Positions 55,015 through 64,000 of a stretch of DNA of 64,000 nt are shown here, piece after piece. The stretch comes from Terrimicrobiaceae bacterium. GTDB lineage: Bacteria; Verrucomicrobiota; Verrucomicrobiia; Chthoniobacterales; Terrimicrobiaceae. Location of the stretch: NCBI GenBank assembly GCA_044342325.1, contig JBIIPZ010000001.1, forward strand, positions 1 to 64,000, written 5' to 3'. The notes under the pieces are model-generated. The model saw nothing but the letters and a program-made list of their open reading frames with translations. It made no database searches and had not been told where the DNA came from. Within the stretch, counting starts at the first letter, position 1; every line of letters begins with the position of its first letter. Made by a program: the position numbers and the translations under genes.

Positions 55015-56069
55015 GGCTGCCAGAGAAGGTTTTTCAGATCGACGCGGGCACGCAGGAAGCCAACTTCGCGCGCATGCTGGAGAAATGCATCAAATGGCTC
55101 GACCGAGATCGCTGTGTTCGGATCAAGGCGCGTCCAGGCCTCATCGACGAGTTTTTGGGGAATCTCGCGGCGGGTTATAGCACTGAGTTCATCACGGACG
55201 CGGCGGCGGGCCTCCTCGGGGTTCGCTCGAATCCACTCGGTGAGGCTCTGATGGGCTTCTGCAAATTTGGCAGCGAGCGCGGGGCGTTCCTCCAGAAAGC
55301 CAACGCGACCGGCAAGCACGGTCGTAAGGGCCTTGGGATCGGAGTGGAAAATCCGGCCATCCGCTTCATTGATGAGGCGGGTGACCCAAGGTTCCACAGT
55401 CCATGCGGCATCGAGTTTTTTTTGTGTGAAAAGCTGGAGCATATCGGGGTTGGCCGTGGGGATGACGCGGGCATCTCCGCCGACGAGCGTGACTTTGATT
55501 CCTTGCTTGAGCAGCCAAGCCCGGCATTCGACATCTTGGGTATTTCCAAGCTGGGGGGTGGCGATGGTTTTTCCTCTGAGGTCATCCACCGAGGTGATTG
55601 TATCGCCGCGCACGACGAGCGCTTCGCCGCCGCGCATGGAGCCGGAAATGACCCGAACTTCCTTGCCATTGGCGCGGGCGTGGGCGTTCACCACAGGGCT
55701 TGGTCCCACATAAGTCATGTCGATTGCTTTGGTAAAGAAAGCCTCCATGGCTGAAGGGCCAGCATTGTAAATCGACCACTCCAGCTTGACGGGTTCCCCG
55801 AGGCGGGATTCGAACCAGCCCTTGCCTTCGCGCGACATGTTTGAGGCCACGAGTGCCTGAGCGTGAGTGATATTTGGAAAAAATCCGACGCGAACAACCT
55901 GCTCGGCGCTGGCTATGGCAAACGGGGCAGCAACGAGTAGAACAAGGCAGGTTTTAAAAAGTTGATTGATAAAATCAACTAATCTACCAATCCGGTGGTC
56001 TCTGCTTTGGCGTTGTTTCTGAAAAACTCCCATCGCGCGGAAGCTTCTCCGGAAATCCGGGAGAGTCAA
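55011..56069 (-). CDS. ABC substrate-binding protein (SsuA-like)
   Basis: VRVGFFPNITHA, NAGP, ATPQLGNTQD and EPW motifs. True start is probably downstream of the track start. Confidence 0.85.
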   Translation of the reverse strand: MTLPDFRRSFRAMGVFQKQRQSRDHRIGRLVDFINQLFKTCLVLLVAAPFAIASAEQVVRVGFFPNITHAQALVASNMSREGKGWFESRLGEPVKLEWSIYNAGPSAMEAFFTKAIDMTYVGPSPVVNAHARANGKEVRVISGSMRGGEALVVRGDTITSVDDLRGKTIATPQLGNTQDVECRAWLLKQGIKVTLVGGDARVIPTANPDMLQLFTQKKLDAAWTVEPWVTRLINEADGRIFHSDPKALTTVLAGRVGFLEERPALAAKFAEAHQSLTEWIRANPEEARRRVRDELSAITRREIPQKLVDEAWTRLDPNTAISVEPFDAFLQHAREVGFLRARVDLKNLLWQP

Positions 56070-56120
56070 CGAAAGACTCCAGCTTGGCAGACGGCGGGAA
56101 TTGGGGCAGGTTGCAAGCCT

Positions 56121-57305
56121 ATGGGAAAGCGCGTCTTGATTTTATCGGCCTCTGTGGGTTCCGGTCATGTGAAAGCGGCCGATGCCCTCGCGCGTGTCAT
56201 GCGCGGCAGGAGCGATGTGGAGGAGGTTCTCTCGGATGACTCGCTTGATCACACAAATGTCCTCCACAAGCAATTTTACTCCACGCTCTATAAAAAACTC
56301 TCCTCCATGCTGCCGGAGTTTCTGGGGTGGTGGTATGAAACAAGCGACGACCCGTGGGTGGCCGACAAGGGTCGGTTGCTGATCGATTTGCCTCAGGCGC
56401 TCCCACTCATCAATCTGGTGAGGGAATTTCGGCCTGACGTCATCCTCTGCACGCATTTCATGCCGGCGGGGGTGATTTCCTGGCTGATCGCGAACGGGAA
56501 ACTCGAGGCGAGGTTGGGTGTTGTCATCACGGATTTTCATTTCCATGCCTTTTGGATCACACGGGCTTTCAATTGGTATTTTGTGGCGCAGGAGGACGAT
56601 AAAATCCACATGGAGGCGCTGGGTCTGCCTGCCGACCGCATTGAGGTGACAGGCATTCCCGTCGAGCCGGAGTTTGGAGCGCCTGTGAATGTGGACGCTG
56701 TGCTTGAGCGTCATGGTTTGAGGTCCGGTAGGCCCACTATTCTTGTTGCAGGTGGAGCGCTGGGGATGAGTCCAGCGACCGCTGTCGTGCGGCAATTGCT
56801 CCAAGTGGACCGGGATTTTCAGGCGATCATTGTCTGCGGAAAAAACGAAGAAATGCAGAATGAGATCGTCGAGTTGCTCAAGGACCGTCCGGCTGATTTC
56901 CGGGTTCTTGGCTACACCAAAGATATGTCCGATTTTATGTCCGTGGCGACGATTCTGCTCAGCAAGCCCGGCGGTATGACGACAGCCGAGGCGGTGGCCT
57001 GCGGCCTGCCGATGATGATTCTGGATCCGATTGGAGGCCAGGAGGAGCGCAATGCCGATGTTCTTCTCGAAGCAGGCGCCGCCGTGAAATGCACGGAGGT
57101 CACGCTCGTTGCGCACAAGCTGCGCCGACTTTTGGATGATCCGGAACGCTTACGGCAAATGTCGCGAAATGCGCGCAATCTGGGACGCCCCAACGCGGCC
57201 TCGGAAATCGCCCGCATTGTTCTGGAGGAGCCAGACAGGCGTCCTGTGATCATTTCAAAACTTCGTGAGAAGGCCCTGCGGAAACGCATTGCCGCCGCAG
57301 GATAG
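56121..57305 (+). CDS. MGDG synthase/UgtP-like GT28 glycosyltransferase
   Basis: SASVGSGH..AA, CTHF, VITDF..H..W, TGIPV, KPGGMT..EA and GQEERNA motifs. Confidence 0.9.
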   Translation: MGKRVLILSASVGSGHVKAADALARVMRGRSDVEEVLSDDSLDHTNVLHKQFYSTLYKKLSSMLPEFLGWWYETSDDPWVADKGRLLIDLPQALPLINLVREFRPDVILCTHFMPAGVISWLIANGKLEARLGVVITDFHFHAFWITRAFNWYFVAQEDDKIHMEALGLPADRIEVTGIPVEPEFGAPVNVDAVLERHGLRSGRPTILVAGGALGMSPATAVVRQLLQVDRDFQAIIVCGKNEEMQNEIVELLKDRPADFRVLGYTKDMSDFMSVATILLSKPGGMTTAEAVACGLPMMILDPIGGQEERNADVLLEAGAAVKCTEVTLVAHKLRRLLDDPERLRQMSRNARNLGRPNAASEIARIVLEEPDRRPVIISKLREKALRKRIAAAG

Positions 57306-57311
57306 GGGAGT

Positions 57312-58853
57312 GTGTTTATGGAAAATTTGACACCATTTCTGATTGGGGTTGCGACCTCTGGCTACCAGAGCGAGGGCGGATACAACGGGCCAGGCGAGCC
57401 TCACAACAATTGGGGATCTTGTGAGCAATCGGGCCGAGTCGATCGAACCGGACGTGCGGTGGATTTCTGGAACAGGTATCGCACCGACTTCGATCTGGCT
57501 CGAGGCATGGGGCTCAATGCCTTTCGTCTGAGCATCGAGTGGGCCCGTGTGCAGCCATGCTTCACAAACACGCCCGGCCCCGCGCCGGCGTTTGACGGGG
57601 TTGCGGTGGATGCCTATGCCGACCGCGTCGCGGCATGTCGTGAAGCAGGTATGGAGCCTGTTGTCACGCTGCAGCATTTCACCCATCCGGCTTGGCTGGG
57701 AGTGGATGCCTGGCTGGATGACCGAACGCCCGAGGCTTTTGAGAAGTTCGTGCAATTTACTATCGAGCGGCTGAACCACAGGCTATGTGACCACTTCGGG
57801 CAACCTCCTGTGAAGTGGTATGTCACACTCAACGAGCCAAACATGCTTGTTCTAAATACCTACCTGAATCGCCATTTCCCGGGTGGTCCAGAGGCGGGGA
57901 TTCCCGTTGGTCTGCGTGCTTACAACCGCATGCTGGCCGCCCATGTGAGAGCCTACAATGCGATTCACGACCTCTATGAATCTCGCGGATGGCCAAAGCC
58001 GATGGTCTCGATGAACACATTTTGCAGCGATGTCTATTGGTCCGAGAACATGCTGCTGGACCTGCTTTGTCTCCGGCAAAACGGCATCAATCCCGCTGAG
58101 GCCGCAGATTATTTTCGTTCCAGAGCGGAGGCGCTCTCGAGGCACTTCACCCACATCGCGCTCCAGCGCCGCACCGACCTTGCCGCCATGGCAGGAGCGG
58201 GTCTGCACCGCTTGGCAAACTACTTTGCCTCGCGCGCGGCGACATCCGAGGCGTTCGAATTTTTCTTCAGCGAAGCCGAACGCGCCCCGAGGGCACGCGC
58301 ACTGGATTTCCTCGGCCTCGATTATTACGACCCCTTTGTGAGCCATGCCTTGCGGGCGCCGGATTTTTCCGACCTCGAGTTCAAAAGCCGCAGCATCTCC
58401 GCGCACATGCTCGATGTGCTCGCCTGCAAATGGTGGGACTGGCACTTCCTGCCGGAGGGCATGAGCGCCTTCTGTGAATATTACGCCCAGGCATTCCCTG
58501 GAATGGCGGTTCTCATCGCAGAAAATGGCATGGCTCTGCGCAGCCGGATCGATGAGTCCGGAGGCGAACCGCGCCGCGACAAGATGACTCGCAGCGGCTA
58601 CCTTGAAGCACACCTCATCGAGGTCCGGCGGATGCTCGACGCAGGAGTTCCGCTCGTGGGGTATCTCCATTGGTCACTCACCGACAACTACGAGTGGGGA
58701 TCGTTCACGCCCCGCTTTGGGCTTTATCGGGTCGATTTTCAACACGACTTGGCGCGTCTGGAGTTGGATCATCTGGGTGACCGCCCCTCGCAGACCTACG
58801 CCAGATTGGTTCGGGAAATGGGGCTTAACTCGCTGAGGGTCAGTATGCCATAA
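57312..58853 (+). CDS. Glycoside hydrolase family 1 protein
   Basis: GVATSGYQSEG, FRLSIEWAR, TLNEP (acid/base), AENG (nucleophile) and WSLTDNYEWG motifs. Confidence 0.92.
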   Translation: MFMENLTPFLIGVATSGYQSEGGYNGPGEPHNNWGSCEQSGRVDRTGRAVDFWNRYRTDFDLARGMGLNAFRLSIEWARVQPCFTNTPGPAPAFDGVAVDAYADRVAACREAGMEPVVTLQHFTHPAWLGVDAWLDDRTPEAFEKFVQFTIERLNHRLCDHFGQPPVKWYVTLNEPNMLVLNTYLNRHFPGGPEAGIPVGLRAYNRMLAAHVRAYNAIHDLYESRGWPKPMVSMNTFCSDVYWSENMLLDLLCLRQNGINPAEAADYFRSRAEALSRHFTHIALQRRTDLAAMAGAGLHRLANYFASRAATSEAFEFFFSEAERAPRARALDFLGLDYYDPFVSHALRAPDFSDLEFKSRSISAHMLDVLACKWWDWHFLPEGMSAFCEYYAQAFPGMAVLIAENGMALRSRIDESGGEPRRDKMTRSGYLEAHLIEVRRMLDAGVPLVGYLHWSLTDNYEWGSFTPRFGLYRVDFQHDLARLELDHLGDRPSQTYARLVREMGLNSLRVSMP

Positions 58854-59009
58854 GTAGACTCCTATTTTCTGATCGCACTCGCCAAAAGTTCTCGGCAACA
58901 TTGGCACTCCGATTGCTTCTACCTCTCCTGCCGCAAGGGAAAATGGGAAAAACGAAAAAAAAGCTACACCAGACGGCCTGGTCTGCTCAAAAAAATACAC
59001 CTAACAAAA

Positions 59010-60029
<1,020 letters not shown>

Positions 60030-60057
60030 TCGTTCTCACGATTCGGTAAAACTCATT

Positions 60058-60096
60058 AAAAACGCCGCCTGTCAAAGCAGGCGGCGTTTTCTTTTT
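60058..60096 (+). terminator. Terminator after glnII
   Basis: AAAACGCCGCCTG-tcaaag-CAGGCGGCGTTTTCTTTT. Confidence 0.85.
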
Positions 60097-60148
60097 CAAA
60101 TTTCACGCTTTGCATTTGGGAATCCTCATAAGAGCCTCGCGCCCGCCG

Positions 60149-61375
60149 ATGGATAAACTCAACGCCCTCTTCTGGAGCCCTAAGTCCGATACCTACGCCA
60201 AGCGGATCTGGTTGCTCTTTTTTGCCATAGTAGCGGTATTGGCTTTTTTCCAGCCCGCGCACAGAACTGTCACCCACAACTACAGCCGCGCGGCTTATCA
60301 GTGGTGGAACTCAGAAAATATGTATTCCCTCCAAGGCAAAGGATTCCTTTATTTTCCCCAATCCGTCCTCATCTACGCACCCTTCTCGTGGCAGGAATTT
60401 CCCAAAGACCTCAAGAAATTCAACAAGCAGCCTCTCGGCGAAACGCTTCTGCCCACGCTCATGCTGCGGTTCGGCGAGGTTTTTTACCGCGCTTTTGCGA
60501 TGGGACTTTTCGGCTGGGCGATCTGGAGAATGTGCCGCTTTTTTCAAACCGATGCCACAACGGCGAGCCTGTTCTGCTTGGTGACCGTGCTGGCCCTGCC
60601 AGCCTCGCTCACGGCCGGGAAAAACGGGCAGTTCAATATGCTCCTCTCCGCGTCGATGATACTTGCGGCGCTCTGTGTTTCAGAAAAACGCTGGTGGTCG
60701 GCTACGGCGTGGCTGATTTTGGGCGTCATCGCCAAGCCACTCGGACTCGTTCCGCTTTTGCTGATCGGAGCCCTTTACCGGCCTCTATGGTGGAGATTGC
60801 CGCTCGGAATGCTCGTCTTTGTAGCGCTCTCATTCGTGCACTATGATCCAAGTTATGTATTGAACCAGTGGAACATGTGCATAAAGCAGGTGACTATTGC
60901 CAGCATTCCGCCAGGTAATAATTACGACGACATCGCCGCCATGTTCCGAACCTTCGGATTCGACCTGCCCGATAAACACTGGTTCCCTGTGCGGGCAGTC
61001 TTTGCTTTTGTGACGCTCGGGTTTGCCTGGAGGTTGAAAAAAATCTACCCGGCCCCGCTGGCCCCCTTTTTGGCAACCGCCCTCTCCGCCGCTTATCTCA
61101 TGGCCTTCAACCCTCGCACGGAAACAGTTTCCTACATCATTCTTTCCCCCTATGTGGCGCTCTTTGCGGCGATTCTTTTTCGCGAAAAAGCCGTCACTCC
61201 TGTCGCCTGGATTTTAGTCTTTTTGTGTATAGGGCTTGGTTCTGACTGCTACGGAGACATTTACAAATTAACTCGCATCTGGTTTAAACCCCTTCTTGCT
61301 TTGGTGTTTTTTGTCATTCTGGGTATGTGGGCCTTCAGGAAATCCCGCTCATTTGAATTGGCAGGAAGGATTTGA
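60149..61375 (+). CDS. GT87/DUF2029 family membrane glycosyltransferase
   Basis: FLYFP...YAPF, NGQFN and K-P motifs in a polytopic membrane protein. Confidence 0.78.
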   Translation: MDKLNALFWSPKSDTYAKRIWLLFFAIVAVLAFFQPAHRTVTHNYSRAAYQWWNSENMYSLQGKGFLYFPQSVLIYAPFSWQEFPKDLKKFNKQPLGETLLPTLMLRFGEVFYRAFAMGLFGWAIWRMCRFFQTDATTASLFCLVTVLALPASLTAGKNGQFNMLLSASMILAALCVSEKRWWSATAWLILGVIAKPLGLVPLLLIGALYRPLWWRLPLGMLVFVALSFVHYDPSYVLNQWNMCIKQVTIASIPPGNNYDDIAAMFRTFGFDLPDKHWFPVRAVFAFVTLGFAWRLKKIYPAPLAPFLATALSAAYLMAFNPRTETVSYIILSPYVALFAAILFREKAVTPVAWILVFLCIGLGSDCYGDIYKLTRIWFKPLLALVFFVILGMWAFRKSRSFELAGRI

Positions 61376-61460
61376 TCAAAGTTTCTTAAAAAAAGGTTTG
61401 AATATTGTCTTTCATCCGACACTCTGCGAACAACAATCCTTTCTGGTCCAATTATCTCCC

Positions 61461-62231
61461 ATGTCATTCCGAGTCGTCACATTTAATATGCAAAACGGCC
61501 AGCCTTGGATAGAGAGCGATCCGTTTCCCACAGTGGTAGATTTGGACGCAGTTGCGACTTTTCTAAAAGGACTGAATGCCGACATCATTTGTCTCCAAGA
61601 GGTCGAGCGTGGCCATGACGGGGGCATGCAGGTCGATCCGCCGCCCCATTACATGCGGTTGAAGGAACTTCTCACCGGATATGATTCGGTCTTTTCCTAT
61701 CCTTTGAAAAATGACACCGAGTTGCCATTTGGTTTGGGCTTGGCCGTTTTCTCGCGCACGAAGTTGACGGATTTTCATAAGACTGATCTCCCAGCGGCGC
61801 AGTTGGAGTTTGTCTTCGAGGGCAAAAAACGCCGCACCTCTTCACGCCTATTGCTTGAGGTTTCCACGATATTGGAAGGGCGCAGATTGAAAATTCTCAA
61901 CACCCATCTTCAGGCTTTTTTTATGATCGGAGATTCGAGTGATGCCCACCCCGAGCAGCGATCCATCGTCGAATCAAGGCTGCGCGCGGTCGGAGGCGAA
62001 CCGCTTATTCTCGCGGGGGATATGAACTCCGCTCCTGGCGAGTCCATCGTGCGCCAATTTGAGAATGCAGGATTCCGCACGGTGCAAAATGAGGAAGTTA
62101 CTTGGCGCCGAATGCCATTTGTGACGGATCACTTATTTTTCAATGCCCCGCTGCGCCCCGTTTCTCAGTGGGTTGAGAAGACGGACGTTTCGGATCATCA
62201 CGCCGTGGTGGCCGATTTTGAGTTTATCTAA
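61461..62231 (+). CDS. Endonuclease/exonuclease/phosphatase family protein
   Basis: TFN, LQEV, NTHL, GDMN, DH and SDH motifs. Confidence 0.9.
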   Translation: MSFRVVTFNMQNGQPWIESDPFPTVVDLDAVATFLKGLNADIICLQEVERGHDGGMQVDPPPHYMRLKELLTGYDSVFSYPLKNDTELPFGLGLAVFSRTKLTDFHKTDLPAAQLEFVFEGKKRRTSSRLLLEVSTILEGRRLKILNTHLQAFFMIGDSSDAHPEQRSIVESRLRAVGGEPLILAGDMNSAPGESIVRQFENAGFRTVQNEEVTWRRMPFVTDHLFFNAPLRPVSQWVEKTDVSDHHAVVADFEFI

Positions 62232-62267
62232 ATCCCGCCTCCTCGGATAGGCTCGCTGCTTGGCGCT

Positions 62268-62792
62268 CTAAGCCTCCTTGTAGTGGAGGCTCAGCACTCG
62301 CAGGGCATTCGGGTCTTTTTCGGCCGTGAAGAGATAGAGTCGGAGAGCGATGCTTCCTTGCATCCATTGGTAGCCTACGAGTGTCTGCAGCACATCGCCT
62401 TCGCGGTTGCGTGAGCGGGTGAGCAGGCGCCCGATGCCGTATTTGGAATCCACATTGCGTCGCACCTCCTCAAAGAAGAGATCGTATCTCGGCGAGTCCC
62501 ACGAACTATCTCCAAAGTGGAGCTCGATTTCGTTCAGCATATCGTTCCGGAAATAAAACAAGGCGCGCTGAAGTTGCTTCTGCGGGATGCCCTCCACCAC
62601 ATAGACCGTCCGACCCTCCACGACTTTGCGCTCTGTGATTTTTGCTTTGATCCCCACCAGGCTTTGCTCCACACGGGCAGGGGACTCACCCCACTGGAAG
62701 TTGAACGGCACGCGCATTTGCTGCTGGGCAAACCCGAGCGGGGAAAAACAAATCGCCGCCAGCAGAATTAGGATGCATCTCGAAAGTCTCAT
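62268..62792 (-). CDS. Exported hypothetical protein
   Basis: Clear signal peptide followed by a globular sequence. Confidence 0.7.
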   Translation of the reverse strand: MRLSRCILILLAAICFSPLGFAQQQMRVPFNFQWGESPARVEQSLVGIKAKITERKVVEGRTVYVVEGIPQKQLQRALFYFRNDMLNEIELHFGDSSWDSPRYDLFFEEVRRNVDSKYGIGRLLTRSRNREGDVLQTLVGYQWMQGSIALRLYLFTAEKDPNALRVLSLHYKEA

Positions 62793-63009
62793 CTCCCCTC
62801 AACTTCCCGATTACCGGGGCCGCCGTCAACCATCTCGAAAAAAATACTCTCAAATACTATTTGCCAAGCTCTGAAAAAAGGCGAATAAGGACATTGCAGA
62901 TTTGATCAGGATTTGGTGGACATCCCGGAGAGAAAACTCCCCGGGCAGTTTGAAACCCGGCAGTCGGGAACAGGCCTCGATCTCTAATGCGTTAAATATA
63001 GTAAATACC

Positions 63010-63411
63010 ATGGGTAATAAACTCTACGTCGGCAACCTGTCCTTCAACACGACAGAGATCGCCATTCAGGACCTGTTCTCGCAGTGCGGTGCGGTTTCCG
63101 AAGTCATGCTAATGCAAGATAAATTCACCGGCCGCTCCCGCGGATTCGCCTTCGTTACGATGGCATCCGATTCCGATGCTCAAACAGCCGTTGAGCAACT
63201 CCACGGCAAAGACCTCGATGGCCGTGCCCTCACAGTCAACGAAGCCCGTCCCCGCGAAGACCGTCCTCCAGGCGGCGGCGGTGGTGGTGGCGGACGCTTT
63301 GATGGCCCTCGCCGCGACTTCCGTGGCGGTGGCGGCGGCGGTGGTCGTGATGACCGCCGTGGCGGTGGCGGTGGTGGCGGCGGTGGACGCCGCGACTTCG
63401 GTCGTCGTTAA
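63010..63411 (+). CDS. RRM RNA-binding protein with Gly/Arg-rich tail
   Basis: RNP2 LYVGNL and RNP1 RGFAFVTM motifs. Confidence 0.95.
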   Translation: MGNKLYVGNLSFNTTEIAIQDLFSQCGAVSEVMLMQDKFTGRSRGFAFVTMASDSDAQTAVEQLHGKDLDGRALTVNEARPREDRPPGGGGGGGGRFDGPRRDFRGGGGGGGRDDRRGGGGGGGGGRRDFGRR

Positions 63412-63430
63412 TAGCATTCGCTAACTCTTC

Positions 63431-63472
63431 AAACGGGCATCGTGCTGAAAAGCCGGTGCCCGTTTTTTTTTG
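63431..63472 (+). terminator. Terminator after the RRM gene
   Basis: AAACGGGCATCG...CGGTGCCCGTTTTTTTTT. Confidence 0.8.
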
Positions 63473-63536
63473 TATCTTCCCCACTCAAGAAGGCGTTCCT
63501 CCGTCGAAGTCTGATCAATTCTGACTCAAGGGCCGA

Positions 63537-63568
63537 CCAAAAATTTGGACGATCGTCCAAATTTTTGG
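63537..63568. repeat. Perfect 32-bp palindrome
   Basis: CCAAAAATTTGGACGATCGTCCAAATTTTTGG is its own reverse complement. Confidence 0.95.
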
Positions 63569-63619
63569 GTTAAATGTAGCGCAGTTGACTTGGGCGGAAG
63601 ATTGAACTTCGGCGGGGAG

Positions 63620-64000
63620 TCAGGGCTGTAGCGGGCCCTCGGCGTGGAGAGGCTCGGCAGGAGTGAGGGGATGGAGCTTGGGTGTGACCTTGATGCTCAT
63701 CTGCTGGCCATCGCGGGTTATTTTGACATCCGCCGCTTCTCCGGCCGTGAGGAAGTAGGAGGCGTCGATGACATCTTCGCTGCTTGCCACGGGTGTGGCA
63801 CCGATGGCGTTGACCATGTCTCCTGATTTGAGGCCCTGCTCGGCTGCGTTGGCGAGAGGGTTCAGTGCGGTGATTTTTGCTGTCGAGCCATTGACGGGCT
63901 CCGGGGCGTCTTCGACTTCCACGCCCACCCAGCCGTGGCGGAGTTCTCCGTAGCGGGCCATGTCGTGGCGGATTTTTTCAGCGGCTCGGATTGGAAGGAT
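63620..64000 (-). CDS. C-terminal PDZ domain of an HtrA/DegP-like protease, 5'-partial
   Basis: Frame is open to the window edge: ILPI...YGELRHGWVGV...AAEQGLKSGDMV..I. Confidence 0.75.
   Translation of the reverse strand: MLPIRAAEKIRHDMARYGELRHGWVGVEVEDAPEPVNGSTAKITALNPLANAAEQGLKSGDMVNAIGATPVASSEDVIDASYFLTAGEAADVKITRDGQQMSIKVTPKLHPLTPAEPLHAEGPLQP

Noticed and set aside
63271..63400. GGC/GGT microsatellite-like runs
   Set aside because: They encode the ordinary Gly-rich tail of the RRM protein.

Overview
Bacterial chromosomal segment, most likely from Verrucomicrobiota (Chthoniobacterales-like; my impression from RpoB/RpoC, the short EF-Ts, GSII and the REP-like repeats, not a search result). 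Left to right: (1) a more AT-rich surface/motility block (1-9245) with the 3' part of a giant RTX protein followed by fliD, a FlaG-like ORF, fliS and a FlgN/FliT-like ORF, with two near-consensus sigma28 promoters but no flagellin in the window; (2) housekeeping and metabolic genes (pdxA, def, exbD/exbB/tonB-like, accBC, nagB with a PIG-L deacetylase, PhyH dioxygenase/AraC, Na/Pi symporter, a catalytically degenerate ClpP-like ORF); (3) smpB and rpoZ divergent from a rearranged rplA-rplJ-rplL-rpoB-rpoC-rpsB-tsf operon that lacks rplK; (4) L,D-transpeptidase, an exported double-Hsp20 protein, cstA, queD, rpsO-pnp, thiG; (5) a defence operon (43452-50757): type I (IB-like) hsdR and hsdM (frameshifted at a C10 tract), an AbiF/Abi_2 HEPN RNase preceded by a candidate small antitoxin RNA and inserted between hsdM and hsdS, then a small LexA-like wHTH and a DUF6155-like ORF; (6) a fused MBL exonuclease-ATP-dependent ligase, a sulfonate/nitrate-type ABC transporter, an MGDG-synthase-like GT28 plus GH1 pair, glnII, GT87, an EEP protein, an RRM protein, a perfect 32-bp palindrome and the end of an HtrA-like gene. 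Best candidates for an undescribed system: the RM-embedded AbiF/ncRNA module, the sigma28 filament-capping module next to an RTX gene, and the GT28+GH1 (MGD/SFR2-like) pair. All family calls come from reading motifs by eye; no searches were run.
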